NCBI GenBank assembly: GCA_031370785.1 | Contig: JANMQY010000090.1 | Span: 8,915-72,914, forward strand | Direction: 5' to 3' | DNA: 64,000 nt | From: Candidatus Eiseniibacteriota bacterium | GTDB lineage: Bacteria; Eisenbacteria; RBG-16-71-46 | Shown here: positions 29,529 to 39,516 of the stretch, piece after piece | Layout of the letters: each line of letters begins with the position of its first letter | How positions within the stretch are numbered: the first letter of the stretch is position 1 | Position numbers and translations under genes: made by a program | The notes under the pieces: model-generated | What the model saw: only the letters and a program-made list of their open reading frames with translations | The model's database searches: none | What the model was told of the DNA's origin: nothing

Positions 29529-31403
29529 TTAGCCGGTCGGCACCCTCAGGCGCTGTCCGGCGCGAATGACCGAGCCATTGAGCCCGTTGGCGCGCTTGAG
29601 CTGGGCGATCGTCACGCCGTGACGCTTCGCAATGCTCTCGAGCGTCTCGCCGCGCTGCACGACGATGGTGGTGTGCGGCCCGGTGTACGTCACCGCCACC
29701 TGGCGATGCGACGTCGTGCGCCGTGTGGGGCGTAGCCTGATCTTCGCGAGCTGCGCGGTGGACGCGCTGTCCATGACCGCCGGCGCCTCGTTCATGCTGT
29801 CGCCGGTGCGGATCTTGAGCCGCGTGCCGCGACGTACCGTCCGGGTTGTGAGGTGATTCCAGCGCATGATGTCTTCGACCGTGCAACCGTTCGCCTCCGC
29901 GATCGAGGCCAGCGTCATGCCGCGGCGCACCGTGACCTTGACCCGGCCGTCGGCGTTCGATTCGGCGTTGAGCGTTGCCGGCGGCCTGATGTCGCGCGTC
30001 GGAACGTAGGCGGTCGAGGCACGCGGGTCGGCGGCATCCAGCACCTCGGGGTGCCGGGCGCTGAGCGAAGCAGGGATGGTCAGCACCACGCCACGGCGCA
30101 GCGGATGCTTCTGGCCGATTCCATTGGCCAGCGCCAGCTGACGCGCGTTGACTCCGTACTGGCTGGCGATGGACTGGATGGTCTCGCGGCTGCGCACCCG
30201 GTGCTGAAGCGCGAGGTTCACGCCCGGAAGCGGTGCGCCCTCGTCCAGCTTCTTCATCAGGATTTCGCCCTTGCCCCTCGGCAAGCGGATCGTGATCACG
30301 CCTTCGCGACCGGTCGCGGCGCCGCGCAGCACGGCAGGGTTCAGCTCGCGCAGCTGTTCGTAGGTACAGTCCGCCATCTTCGCGATCACGTGCAGATCGA
30401 CCGCGCCCTTGAAGGCGATCTGGTCGAATTCCATCGGCTCGTCGAGGTCCACCGAGTCGAAACCGTATTTCTCGGGATCGTGCGCGATCGCAAGCACGGC
30501 CATGAACTGCGGGACGTAGTCTTCGGTCTGCCGCGGCAGACGCAGGTCCCAGTAGTTGGTGGTGCCCTGCCGCTTGATCGCGCGCAGCACGGTGCCCTCG
30601 CCCGCGTTGTACGAGGCGAGGGCCAGCGGCCAGTCACCGAAGATGGTGTAGAGGTGCTTGAGGTAGCGCGCGGCCGCGACCGTGGACTTCTCCGGGTCCT
30701 TGCGCTCGTCGACCCACTTGTTGACGGTCAGGCCGAAAACCCGCGCGGTTCCGCCGAGGAACTGCCAGGGGCCGACGGCTGCCGAGATCGAGCGCGCGTT
30801 GATGTTGAACCCGCTCTCGACGAACACGAGATGCACCAGATCCGGCGGAAGGCCTTCCTTCTGAAGCACGCCGCGGAACAGATCCATGTATCGGCCCGAA
30901 CGCTTGAGCCAGCGCTCGAACACCGAGCGGCCCGCACCCGTGAAGTACTCGATGTAGCGGAACACCTCGGCGTTGAACTGGGGCGTGATCTCTTCGGCCG
31001 CCGGTGTGTTGAGCACCCTGTCGTCGGCCTCGTTCCCGTTCGCCCGCGCCATCGACTGATTGGCCGCGTCGCGCTTGGCCGCGATACGCAGGCCGGCAAG
31101 GCGCGCGCGCAGATCCACCAGCGCGCGACGGGAAGTGGCGTCGAGATCCGGCGTGATGGTCTTGTCGATCAGCTCGAGACCCTGTTCCGTGGAGCGAATC
31201 GCCCCTTCCAACTCGCCGGATTGTCGCTGCGCCCACGCCGCCTGATACGCAGCCTGAACGTCGCTGATGACGGAGTTCGAGGACTCGGAGCTGTCATATG
31301 ACGCAGGCGTGGTGCGGGACTCTGCCCCGCGCACCGGACTGGCAGTGCAGTAGATGAACAGGGCAGCTGTCAGAGCCGCCAGGTGTGAGGGACGGACCGG
31401 CAT
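29529..31403 (-). CDS. mltD: Membrane-bound lytic murein transglycosylase D with LysM domains
   Basis: Signal peptide, then an SLT domain (ESGFNINARSISAAVGPWQF...YNAG) and three C-terminal LysM repeats (TIQSIASQYGV..., TLASIAEANGC..., TLESIAKRHGV...). AGGAGG RBS. Confidence 0.85.
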   Translation of the reverse strand: MPVRPSHLAALTAALFIYCTASPVRGAESRTTPASYDSSESSNSVISDVQAAYQAAWAQRQSGELEGAIRSTEQGLELIDKTITPDLDATSRRALVDLRARLAGLRIAAKRDAANQSMARANGNEADDRVLNTPAAEEITPQFNAEVFRYIEYFTGAGRSVFERWLKRSGRYMDLFRGVLQKEGLPPDLVHLVFVESGFNINARSISAAVGPWQFLGGTARVFGLTVNKWVDERKDPEKSTVAAARYLKHLYTIFGDWPLALASYNAGEGTVLRAIKRQGTTNYWDLRLPRQTEDYVPQFMAVLAIAHDPEKYGFDSVDLDEPMEFDQIAFKGAVDLHVIAKMADCTYEQLRELNPAVLRGAATGREGVITIRLPRGKGEILMKKLDEGAPLPGVNLALQHRVRSRETIQSIASQYGVNARQLALANGIGQKHPLRRGVVLTIPASLSARHPEVLDAADPRASTAYVPTRDIRPPATLNAESNADGRVKVTVRRGMTLASIAEANGCTVEDIMRWNHLTTRTVRRGTRLKIRTGDSMNEAPAVMDSASTAQLAKIRLRPTRRTTSHRQVAVTYTGPHTTIVVQRGETLESIAKRHGVTIAQLKRANGLNGSVIRAGQRLRVPTG

Positions 31404-31597
31404 CGCAACCTCCTGTCGGTGAGACTCCCTCCCTGGACAGTCCAGAGAACCGGGTCAACCTAGTCGGGCGGCATGCAAGATGCAACCCGCTTCGTGAACT
31501 TTGCTACGGTACACGCCCTGAGGGACGGCACAACTCATGCCGCCGCGCGATGGGCAACTGAGTTAGCGCAAGTGCTGTGCCACAACCCCATCGTGCA

Positions 31598-31626
31598 TTG
31601 ACACTTAGTACATGACCAGATAGCTT
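31598..31626 (+). promoter_or_regulatory. Candidate sigma70-type promoter for the PEGA-domain gene
   Basis: TTGACA (31598-31603), then a 17-nt spacer, then TAGCTT (31621-31626), inside a lower-GC 283-bp divergent intergenic region. The -10 element is a weak match. Confidence 0.2.
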
Positions 31627-31686
31627 GCGGCAGCCCGACGGATCGCACCGGCTGCGCATTTCTGGCTCACGGAGGGAGCGAGCAGC

Positions 31687-34530
31687 ATGAATGTCGCAGT
31701 CTCCAAGCCTCCTCAGTGGTCGGTTTCCGCCCGCAGCCACGGCGAAGTTCTGACCGCCGGCACTGCCGGCGGGGGGTTGGAGCTGCTGGTGCTCTCCACG
31801 CCCGGCTCCTTTACCGTCCCTGAGTTCGAGGGCTGGCTGCGTGACCTCCTGGGCGTCACACGGGAGACGGCGTCCGGCGATCAGGGTCCGCGCCCGATTC
31901 CCGCGCTGCTCCATCACGCCCTGACCGGACTCCTCTTCTCTCATGCCGAGCTGTGGGAGCGCGCCGGTGCCCAGCCGCCCTGCTCGCTCGCCTTCGTGGT
32001 CGCGGGCGGCAGAGTCGCCTTCGGCTGGGTGGGCGATGCCCGGGTCGGCGTCTGGGTCAACGATCAACCGGTCGAGAACGGCTGGGTCAAGGTTCGGGAC
32101 GACGAAGGCCGCGAGGCGTTTGCGATCGCGCTCGACTGGAGCCCGCCGGTGCGCGTGCGCCTGGTGTGGTCAGCGCCCAACGCCGGCGAAGAAGGACCGG
32201 GCGCGATCGTGGATGCGGAGTGGCCCGGCCTCGACCTGCACGCTCTGCCTGCGCCCTCTGCTTCCACGCTCGAGAGCGTCCCGGCAGACGCCGGTGTCAA
32301 AGTCGAGCGGGATGCGCTTCCGCTCGAAGTCGAAACCACGCGGGAATGGAATTCCGCCTCCGAGCGCGTCACTTCGTTCGAACACGCCGGACCCATCGAG
32401 CGGACCTCATCCTTCGAACGCGCCGCCGAACCGGTCGCACCCCTCGAACAGCGTGTGGAGCTCGCACACTCCGCGCACGCAGAGAGTGGCCTCGAGCAGG
32501 CGATCAACCAGGCGATCGAGTCCGCACGTCACGAGGCGGAGAGCGAAAAACCCTACGAGCTGGTGATCGAGACACCCGTCGAGTCGCCCGCGAGCGAGCC
32601 CGAGACTCACGAGCGCCCGCGCCGCCGTCCCGGCCGTCTCAGCCGGATGATGGCGCGCTTCTCATCGCTGTGGACGGCGGAGCCGAAGCGCGCTTCGCAA
32701 GCGTCTGTGCCGATCGTGCCGCCGGCCGAAGCGTTGGCCCCGCAACCCGAGGCTGAGCCGGCGTCCGAGGTCGCGTCCGAGCCCGAGCCAGTGATCGCTC
32801 CGCAGCCGCAGCCGCGCTCTCTGCACATCCTGCCGTCGATCGCGGACGCCGCGGCGCCCGCGGAAGGCGACGTCGTTCCGCGACGCGCGAGCCTCGCACC
32901 GCCGGTATTGCGAGTGGTGCCGCGAGTGCCCGCGCCTTCGAAGAGCGGGCCTGAGGTCGAGACGCGCTTCACGCATTCGTCGCTTTCGCCGGCCGCGCCC
33001 GCTCCGTCTCGCGAGCCGCGGCCGACCAGCCTCGATGAGCGCACGGCATCGCTCGCGCGCGAGGACATGGCCTCGCCGCCGCGACCCTCGCTGGCCGCTC
33101 CGCCCGAAGCCGAAGCCCAGGCGCGGCCGGTGTCGCTGTGGACGCCGCCCGCGATCGCGAACGCCGCTCCCGAGCCCGAGTCGCATTCAGAAGAGGTGGT
33201 CGAAACTTCGACTGCGAGCATTTCGCCCGCGGCCACCGAATCTCCATCCATGCCGCACGACGCTGCGGGGGCCGACCCGTGGTCCGATGAGCCGCCCGCG
33301 CCGCGGACCGTGTCGCGCCATCGCTCTCCGTTGCGCCCGCAGTGGCCGACCGACAGCGAGATGGAACGTCCGACGCCATTATGGAAGCGTCCGTGGGTGT
33401 GGGCCGCCATGCTGGTCGCGCTGTTCTTCGGCGGCTGGATGGTGGGTGGACTCCAGCACGATCGCACCCCGGGTGGCACGAGCGACGGATTGCACCGCAC
33501 GATGCGCTCGCTCGGTCTCGCCGGCGCACGCTTCGACGTTGCGATCAGCAGCCGCCCGCCGGGAGCGTGGATCACGGTCGACGGCAAGGACCTGATCCGG
33601 CGCACGCCGGCGAGCATCGATCTGCCGCCCGGGGACCATCAGGTGTCGCTCTCGATGTCCGATCTGGGCTCGGCCTCATTCCAGGTGCGCGGCCAGCGCG
33701 GCGATCGGGTTGCGCTCGATGCGCCACTGTGGGGATCGATCACGGTTGCCGAGTCGGACGCCAGCCTGCCGGTGACGGTCGCGCTCGATGGCACAGCGCT
33801 CGGCTTCGCGCCGGTCACCGTGGACAGCGTGATGCCCGGCGCTCACGAGCTGCGTTTCTCCGGACCCGGCATGGTGCCGTGGGGACAGACCGTCGAGGTG
33901 CGCGTGCAACAGGTGGCCCAGGTGCTCGCGCGGCCCATGACCTCGCCCGCGACCGGAGTGCTCGTGGTGCAGGGCCATTTCGTGGATGAGCAGGGCAGCC
34001 GTCCTCTGACCGGAGCCGAAGCGTACGTGGACGGCGCGCTGCGCGGTCGCACGCCGCTCACTCTCGAGCTGCCGCGCGGTCCGCACAGCGTGCGGGTCTC
34101 GAAGGGCGGCGAGAATTCGCCGGTGCAGGTCATCGATCTTCCGGGTGGCAATCAGCGCTTCGCGAGCTTCGAGCTCGGACTCGGGATCGAATCCCCGCGA
34201 CTGGTCTCGATCGGAATCGGGGATCGCGTGGTCCAGGATCGGCCGACCATGGCCTCGGCGATGCTCGAAGGCGTCTCGGTCACCGACGTGCGCGAGATGT
34301 GGCTCCACATACGCACCCCTGAGGGGCCGTGGCGGCGCTACCCGATGGATCTGCTCAAGTCCGCGACCGGCGCGGTCGGCGTCTCGGTGTTCCCGAACAC
34401 GATGTTCGACGGGTCCGGCCGTGCGCCCTACTACATGAGCGCGCTCACCGGCACCGGCGACGAGTATTACACCGAGATCGTGACCGCACAGCTGGTCGGA
34501 GCCGGCAGACCTTCGGCACGCCAGCGCTGA
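31687..34530 (+). CDS. Large membrane protein: pseudo-PP2C-like N-domain, Pro/Ala/Glu-rich linker, TM helix, C-terminal PEGA repeats
   Basis: GGAGGGAG RBS. The N-terminal roughly 190 aa contain CSLAFVVAGGRVAFGWVGDARVGVW, reminiscent of the PP2C GDSR strand but without catalytic Asp residues. Residues about 200-560 are low complexity. One TM helix (RPWVWAAMLVALFFGGWMVGGL). Then at least three PEGA-like units (PPGAWITVDGKDLIRRTPASIDLPPGDHQV; VALDGTALGFAPVTVDSVMPGAHEL; YVDGALRGRTPLTLELPRGPHSV). Confidence 0.7.
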   Translation: MNVAVSKPPQWSVSARSHGEVLTAGTAGGGLELLVLSTPGSFTVPEFEGWLRDLLGVTRETASGDQGPRPIPALLHHALTGLLFSHAELWERAGAQPPCSLAFVVAGGRVAFGWVGDARVGVWVNDQPVENGWVKVRDDEGREAFAIALDWSPPVRVRLVWSAPNAGEEGPGAIVDAEWPGLDLHALPAPSASTLESVPADAGVKVERDALPLEVETTREWNSASERVTSFEHAGPIERTSSFERAAEPVAPLEQRVELAHSAHAESGLEQAINQAIESARHEAESEKPYELVIETPVESPASEPETHERPRRRPGRLSRMMARFSSLWTAEPKRASQASVPIVPPAEALAPQPEAEPASEVASEPEPVIAPQPQPRSLHILPSIADAAAPAEGDVVPRRASLAPPVLRVVPRVPAPSKSGPEVETRFTHSSLSPAAPAPSREPRPTSLDERTASLAREDMASPPRPSLAAPPEAEAQARPVSLWTPPAIANAAPEPESHSEEVVETSTASISPAATESPSMPHDAAGADPWSDEPPAPRTVSRHRSPLRPQWPTDSEMERPTPLWKRPWVWAAMLVALFFGGWMVGGLQHDRTPGGTSDGLHRTMRSLGLAGARFDVAISSRPPGAWITVDGKDLIRRTPASIDLPPGDHQVSLSMSDLGSASFQVRGQRGDRVALDAPLWGSITVAESDASLPVTVALDGTALGFAPVTVDSVMPGAHELRFSGPGMVPWGQTVEVRVQQVAQVLARPMTSPATGVLVVQGHFVDEQGSRPLTGAEAYVDGALRGRTPLTLELPRGPHSVRVSKGGENSPVQVIDLPGGNQRFASFELGLGIESPRLVSIGIGDRVVQDRPTMASAMLEGVSVTDVREMWLHIRTPEGPWRRYPMDLLKSATGAVGVSVFPNTMFDGSGRAPYYMSALTGTGDEYYTEIVTAQLVGAGRPSARQR

Positions 34531-34710
34531 TGCGCGTGGGCTGAACCGCGCCCACCGCGGCGCGCACCGGGAGCCACCGGGCACGCCGCGAACGACTCCA
34601 CCGGAGACGGGTCCGTCCACAGTGTGGGCGGGCCCGTTTTCGCATCCTGCGCCCGGGCAGCGCCTGCGTGCGCCGCGCGGGTGGCCCGCGTCTCGCACCG
34701 TGCGTCCCTC

Positions 34711-37113
34711 ATGGGAGATCGGTGCGCGGTGCCCGCGGCCCTCGCGGTGTGGCTCGGGCTCCTGCTGGGCGCGCGGTTCTGCGTCGACGCGGCGATTGGC
34801 TGCGCGGCGCTCGCGGTTGCGCTGCTCCTGCTCGCGCTCTCGCGCCGGGCGCCGCCGCGCGTGGCGACAGTTGCCGTGATCGCCGCGCTCGGATTTGCGG
34901 CGCTCTCACGCGGCGGTGCGCGCGATCTTGCGCTCGAGCGCTCGCGGCGCGCGGTGGAACGGGACGGCGCGTACTGGGTCGATGCGCGGGTCGTCGAGCC
35001 GCCGCTGCGCGAGAGCGGCGAGCCGATCGCGATCTGTGTGATCGAGGCCGCGCGGCCCGCGCTTCCGCGAGGCGCACGCTTGCGGCTGCGATTTCCGCAG
35101 GGCTGCGCGGCGGAGTGGGGCGACCGTTGCCGCACGTTCGTTCGGCTCGATGTACCCGGTGGGCCGCGAAATCCCGGAGGGTTCAATGCGCGCTCGACCG
35201 CCGATGCCGCAGGGCTCGTCGCCACCGGAGTCGCACGATTCGCCGAGGTCTCGCCCGGGCGTGGCATTCACGCCTGGCCGCGCGCGAGCGTGATGAGATG
35301 GCGCCGCGCGTTCGAAGGCGAGGCACACGCCGGGCTCACCGATGCGGCGCGGACCCTCGCGCTGCCGCTCGTGCTCGGCGACCGGTCGGCCCTGCCACTC
35401 GAGCTGGACGCGGCGTTTCGCGCCTCTGGCCTGGTTCACCTGCTCGCGCTCTCCGGGCTCCACGTGGCGTGGCTCGCCGCGGTCGCCCGCGGCCTGGTCG
35501 CGACGCTCGGCGCGGGAGTGCCGGGACGCGCGATCGCGCGCCTGCTGTGCGCGACGCTCTACGTCGGGATCGCGGGGCCGCTGCCTTCGCTGATGAGGGC
35601 CGCCGCGACCGAGGCGCTCGCCGCCGCCGCGAAACTGACCGGGCGCGCGCTCGATCCGATCCAGGCTCTGGCGGTGGCGGCGCTCGCGCTGCTGGTGTGG
35701 CGTCCGGGCTGGGCGGAAGACCTCGGCTTCCAGCTCTCCTGCGTGGCGACGCTCGGGCTGGTCGCGATCGCGCCCTCGCTCACGCCGCAGCATGCTGGCT
35801 GGCGCGGCCTGTTCGCGCTGCTCGCGCCGACGCTCGGCGCGCAGCTGATGGCCACACCGCTGCTGCTCGCGCGCATGCATGCGGTTTCGTGGATCGCGCC
35901 GTTCGCGAATCTCGTCGCGGTGCCGCTCTCCGGCCTGCTGCTCGGCGCGGCGTGGCTCGGGCTCATCCTCGAAGCGGCGTTACCGGGCTCGGGCGCACTG
36001 CCGTTCGCGGCGTGCGATGCGCTCGCGATCGCGCTCGAGCACGCGGTGTCGATCGCGGCGCGCGCTCCGAGCGCGCTGCTGTCCGCGGGCGACTCGCCGG
36101 TGGCTGTGGTCTGCGCGGCGCTCGGCGCGACGTTGCTCGCAGGGTCGCTCGCCCGGGCCGGATCGCGACTCGCGCGGCAGGAGGCGCCCAGTTCGGCGCG
36201 AGTGGCATGTTGCTGGCTCGGGGCCGCGCTGTGCGGGATCTCGCTGGTGCTGGTCGCGACCGAGCCCGCGCTCCGACCTCGAGCGGGACACACCTGGCTC
36301 GTCGCGCTCGACGTCGGACAGGGCGACGCGCTCGCGATCGCGGGTCCGGACGGCTGGCGCGTGGTGGATGCCGGCGGGCGCTCGCCGCGATTCGACGCCG
36401 GCCAGAGCGTCGTGCTTCCATTCCTTCACTGGGCAGGAGTGCGGCGCGTGCGATTCCTCGCGCTCACGCACGACGATGGCGACCATACGGGTGGAGCAGC
36501 CGCGCTGCTGCACGGAATGCCGGTCGATCGCGTGCTCGCCGCACCGCCCTTCAGCGGCGCTCCGGGGCCGGGCGCACGCTTCGGCGCGATCCGGGTCGCG
36601 CGCGGCGACACGCTGTCGATCTCGCCGTGGATCCGCGTGCTGTGGCCACCGCGCGAGGGAGCCGGCGACCTGCTCGAACACCCGAGGACCAGCGCCGACA
36701 ACGCGGTCGCGCTGGTGTTCGAGGTGGGAGAGGGGGAGGGTCGCGCGCTGCTTGCCGCGGACGTCGACAGCACGGTCGAAGAGTCGCTCGCGTTTCGCGC
36801 GCCGATCGCGCTGCTCAAGGTGGCGCATCACGGCTCCGGCAGTTCCACGGGCGCTCGATTCCTCGCGCGGACGAATCCCGGGCTTGCGGTGATCTCGGTC
36901 GGGGCGAGAAACCGATTCGGCCATCCGGCGCCCGCGGTGCTCGAACGCCTCTCGCGCACCTCGGCCCGGGTGCTGCGCACCGATCTCGAAGGCGCGCTGT
37001 GGTTCGATCTCTCGCCGCGAGGCGTGAGCCGTATCGAGTGGCAGCGCGGAATGAGTGCGATCCGCGACCGTGCCAGTCCCGGGCGCCTCGCCGCCGCCCC
37101 GCGCGCGCCGTGA
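34711..37113 (+). CDS. comEC: DNA internalisation competence protein ComEC/Rec2 with C-terminal metallo-beta-lactamase domain
   Basis: Polytopic competence domain (LALSGLHVAWLAAV...) followed by LALTHDDGDHTGGAAALL (HxHxDH). The ORF-track frame 34668..37790 is an alternate-frame artefact. Confidence 0.85.
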   Translation: MGDRCAVPAALAVWLGLLLGARFCVDAAIGCAALAVALLLLALSRRAPPRVATVAVIAALGFAALSRGGARDLALERSRRAVERDGAYWVDARVVEPPLRESGEPIAICVIEAARPALPRGARLRLRFPQGCAAEWGDRCRTFVRLDVPGGPRNPGGFNARSTADAAGLVATGVARFAEVSPGRGIHAWPRASVMRWRRAFEGEAHAGLTDAARTLALPLVLGDRSALPLELDAAFRASGLVHLLALSGLHVAWLAAVARGLVATLGAGVPGRAIARLLCATLYVGIAGPLPSLMRAAATEALAAAAKLTGRALDPIQALAVAALALLVWRPGWAEDLGFQLSCVATLGLVAIAPSLTPQHAGWRGLFALLAPTLGAQLMATPLLLARMHAVSWIAPFANLVAVPLSGLLLGAAWLGLILEAALPGSGALPFAACDALAIALEHAVSIAARAPSALLSAGDSPVAVVCAALGATLLAGSLARAGSRLARQEAPSSARVACCWLGAALCGISLVLVATEPALRPRAGHTWLVALDVGQGDALAIAGPDGWRVVDAGGRSPRFDAGQSVVLPFLHWAGVRRVRFLALTHDDGDHTGGAAALLHGMPVDRVLAAPPFSGAPGPGARFGAIRVARGDTLSISPWIRVLWPPREGAGDLLEHPRTSADNAVALVFEVGEGEGRALLAADVDSTVEESLAFRAPIALLKVAHHGSGSSTGARFLARTNPGLAVISVGARNRFGHPAPAVLERLSRTSARVLRTDLEGALWFDLSPRGVSRIEWQRGMSAIRDRASPGRLAAAPRAP

Positions 37114-37152
37114 GCGACTTGCCCGCTTGCGGGACGGTTGGTAGATTGCGGC

Positions 37153-37794
37153 GTGCTCTCCAACTCCCAGCGCACCCTCGCAGTGTTCGCCTCGGGGAAC
37201 GGCACCAACTTCGAGGCTCTGGTTCGCGCCGCCCGGCGGGGCGAGCTGGGAGGGCGCATCGCGGTCCTGATGAGCGATCGCCCCGACGCCCCGGCGATCG
37301 AGCGCGCCAGGCGACTCGGAATCGAGGTCGTGTGTCCTCCGGTCGGCCGCTTTCGCACCCGCATCGAGGACGAGACCCCCTGGCTCGATGCGCTGCGCGC
37401 GCGCGGTGTGGATGCGGTGCTCCTTGCCGGCTTCCTGCGCCGCCTGCACTCGACGCTGCTCGACGCGTTTCGCGATCGGCTGCTCAACATCCATCCGTCA
37501 CTGCTGCCCGCCTATCCCGGACTCGATGCGATCGCGAGGGCATGGGAGCACGGGGCGCGCGTGACCGGGTGCACCGTCCACCTGGTCGAGGACGCGCTCG
37601 ATGCGGGGCCGATCGTTGCGCAGCGCGCGGTCGAAGTCCGCGACGACGATACGCTCGAGAGCCTGACCGGACGCATCCACGCCGCGGAGCACGAGCTCTA
37701 CCCAAAGGCCGCGCTCCGATTCCTGACCGAACCGTGGACGCGCGAAGGCGGCCGGATCGTGTTCGGTGGGGCGCGCGAGGTCACGCATGACTGA
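37153..37794 (+). CDS. purN: Phosphoribosylglycinamide formyltransferase
   Basis: LAVFASGNGTNFEAL...NIHPSLLPAYPGLD...GCTVHLVEDALDAGPI is the PurN signature. I take GTG 37153; TTG 37138 is an alternative. Confidence 0.85.
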   Translation: MLSNSQRTLAVFASGNGTNFEALVRAARRGELGGRIAVLMSDRPDAPAIERARRLGIEVVCPPVGRFRTRIEDETPWLDALRARGVDAVLLAGFLRRLHSTLLDAFRDRLLNIHPSLLPAYPGLDAIARAWEHGARVTGCTVHLVEDALDAGPIVAQRAVEVRDDDTLESLTGRIHAAEHELYPKAALRFLTEPWTREGGRIVFGGAREVTHD

Positions 37795-38539
37795 CCGTCC
37801 GCCGCTCGATGCGGTGCTGTTCGACGCCGGCGGCACGCTGGTGCGACTCGACTTCGAATGGATGGCGGCGAAGGTGAGCGAGCTGGGGCACCCGCTCGAG
37901 GCCTCGGCCCTGCGCCGGGCCGAGATCGAGGGCCGCCGCGCGTACGACGCGAGCCGCGGGAAGGCGCCGCAACCGGGCGAAGCGCCGCCGGCGCTCGGCA
38001 GCTCGGGGGACACCCGCGCCTACTTCAGCGGCATGCTCGAGGCGCTGGCGGTGCCGGCCGAGGTGCACAAGCGCGCGCTCGTCGCGTTCTTCGAGCACCA
38101 CGACCAGACCGGCCTGTGGACGCGGCCAATGGAAGGCGCACGAGCGGCGATCGATGGCGTGCGCGAGCTGGGCCTGCGCCGCGCGGTGGTCTCGAACTCC
38201 GATGGTCGCGCGCAGCAGCACCTCGAGGAATGCGGCGTGCTCGAGGGCGTCGAGTTCGTGCTGGATTCGCATCTGATCGGCATCGAGAAGCCCGATCCGC
38301 TCATCGTGAAGCTGGCGCTCGAGCGTTTCGGCGTCGCGCCCGATCGTGCGCTGTTCGTCGGCGACATCCGCTCGGTGGATGCCGCGGTCGCGCAGGCCGC
38401 CGGCACCCGCTTCGTGCTGGTCGATCCTTTCGGCGACTACGCGCTGCCCGGCACGCCGGCGATCGCGGGAATGCAGCTCCTGCCGGCTTGGATTGCGTTG
38501 CGGTTCACCACGCCCCGCAAGGCGGACGTGAGAGTCTGA
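37787..38539 (+). CDS. HAD-superfamily hydrolase
   Basis: Motif I VLFDAGGTLV, motif II VVSNS, and motifs III/IV K...FVGD. ATG overlaps the purN stop. Confidence 0.75.
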   Translation: MTDRPPLDAVLFDAGGTLVRLDFEWMAAKVSELGHPLEASALRRAEIEGRRAYDASRGKAPQPGEAPPALGSSGDTRAYFSGMLEALAVPAEVHKRALVAFFEHHDQTGLWTRPMEGARAAIDGVRELGLRRAVVSNSDGRAQQHLEECGVLEGVEFVLDSHLIGIEKPDPLIVKLALERFGVAPDRALFVGDIRSVDAAVAQAAGTRFVLVDPFGDYALPGTPAIAGMQLLPAWIALRFTTPRKADVRV

Positions 38540-38583
38540 GACCCACCCGCCGCTTTCGTCCGTGAGCGGCGCAAGGAGGACAG

Positions 38584-39516
38584 ATGACGAAGGTCGATCT
38601 CCACCGTCACCCCGCCGATGGCGCGACCCGTGCGCCCGCGGCCGACGAGAGCGCGCTGCCCGGACTCGTTCCGTGGCGTCGCGGCAAGGTGCGCTCGGTC
38701 TACGAAGCTGGCCCCACCCATCTGGTCATGGTGGCGAGCGACCGGCTGAGCGCGTACGACAGCGTGCTGCCCACTCCGATCCCCGACAAGGGCCGCATCC
38801 TCACCCAGCTTTCCACGTGGTGGATGAGAACTCTGAAGAGCGCATCGCCCCATCATCTGATCTCGGACGACCCCGCGACCTACCCGAGCCCGTTTCGCGA
38901 GCACGCCGCGCGGCTCCAGGGTCGCAGCCAGTACGTCCGCCGCGCCGAGCGCGTCGACATCGAATGCGTGGTGCGGGGCTACCTGACCGGCTCGGGGTGG
39001 AAGGAGTATCAGAAGCACGGCGTGGTGTGCGGCATCCGCCTGCCCGCGGGACTGCGCGACGGCTCGCGGCTCGATCCCGCGATCTTCACCCCCGCGACCA
39101 AGGAGGATCAGGGCCACGATGAGAACATCTCGTTCGAGCGCATGATCGAGCTGGTGGGGATGGAGAGGAGCGAAGCGCTGCGCGCGCGGAGTCTGGCGAT
39201 CTATGAAGAGGCGCGCGCGATCGCCTGGGAGCGGGGACTGGTGCTCGCCGACACCAAGTTCGAGTTCGGGTACGTGGATGGCGCGCTGACCCTGATCGAT
39301 GAAGTGCTCTCGCCCGACTCGTCTCGATACTGGGACCGGTCGGAGTACGAGGCCGGCAGGCTACTGTCGTTCGACAAACAGTACGTGCGCGACTGGCTCG
39401 ATCGCAGCGGCTGGAATCACGAGCCGCCGGCGCCCGCGCTGCCCTCCGACGTCGTCGAGAAGACCCGCGAGCGCTACCAGGAGGCGCTCACCCGCCTGAC
39501 CCGGACGCGCGCATGA
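38584..39516 (+). CDS. purC: Phosphoribosylaminoimidazole-succinocarboxamide synthase
   Basis: GKVRSVYE...LVMVASDRLSAYD...LADTKFEFG is the long-form SAICAR synthetase. AAGGAGGA RBS. Confidence 0.9.
   Translation: MTKVDLHRHPADGATRAPAADESALPGLVPWRRGKVRSVYEAGPTHLVMVASDRLSAYDSVLPTPIPDKGRILTQLSTWWMRTLKSASPHHLISDDPATYPSPFREHAARLQGRSQYVRRAERVDIECVVRGYLTGSGWKEYQKHGVVCGIRLPAGLRDGSRLDPAIFTPATKEDQGHDENISFERMIELVGMERSEALRARSLAIYEEARAIAWERGLVLADTKFEFGYVDGALTLIDEVLSPDSSRYWDRSEYEAGRLLSFDKQYVRDWLDRSGWNHEPPAPALPSDVVEKTRERYQEALTRLTRTRA

Noticed and set aside
34668-37790. 1040-aa plus-strand ORF across comEC and purN
   Set aside because: Alternate frame of comEC and purN. Translation is an Arg/Ala/Gly-rich low-complexity string with no motifs, while the other frame shows ComEC and PurN signatures.
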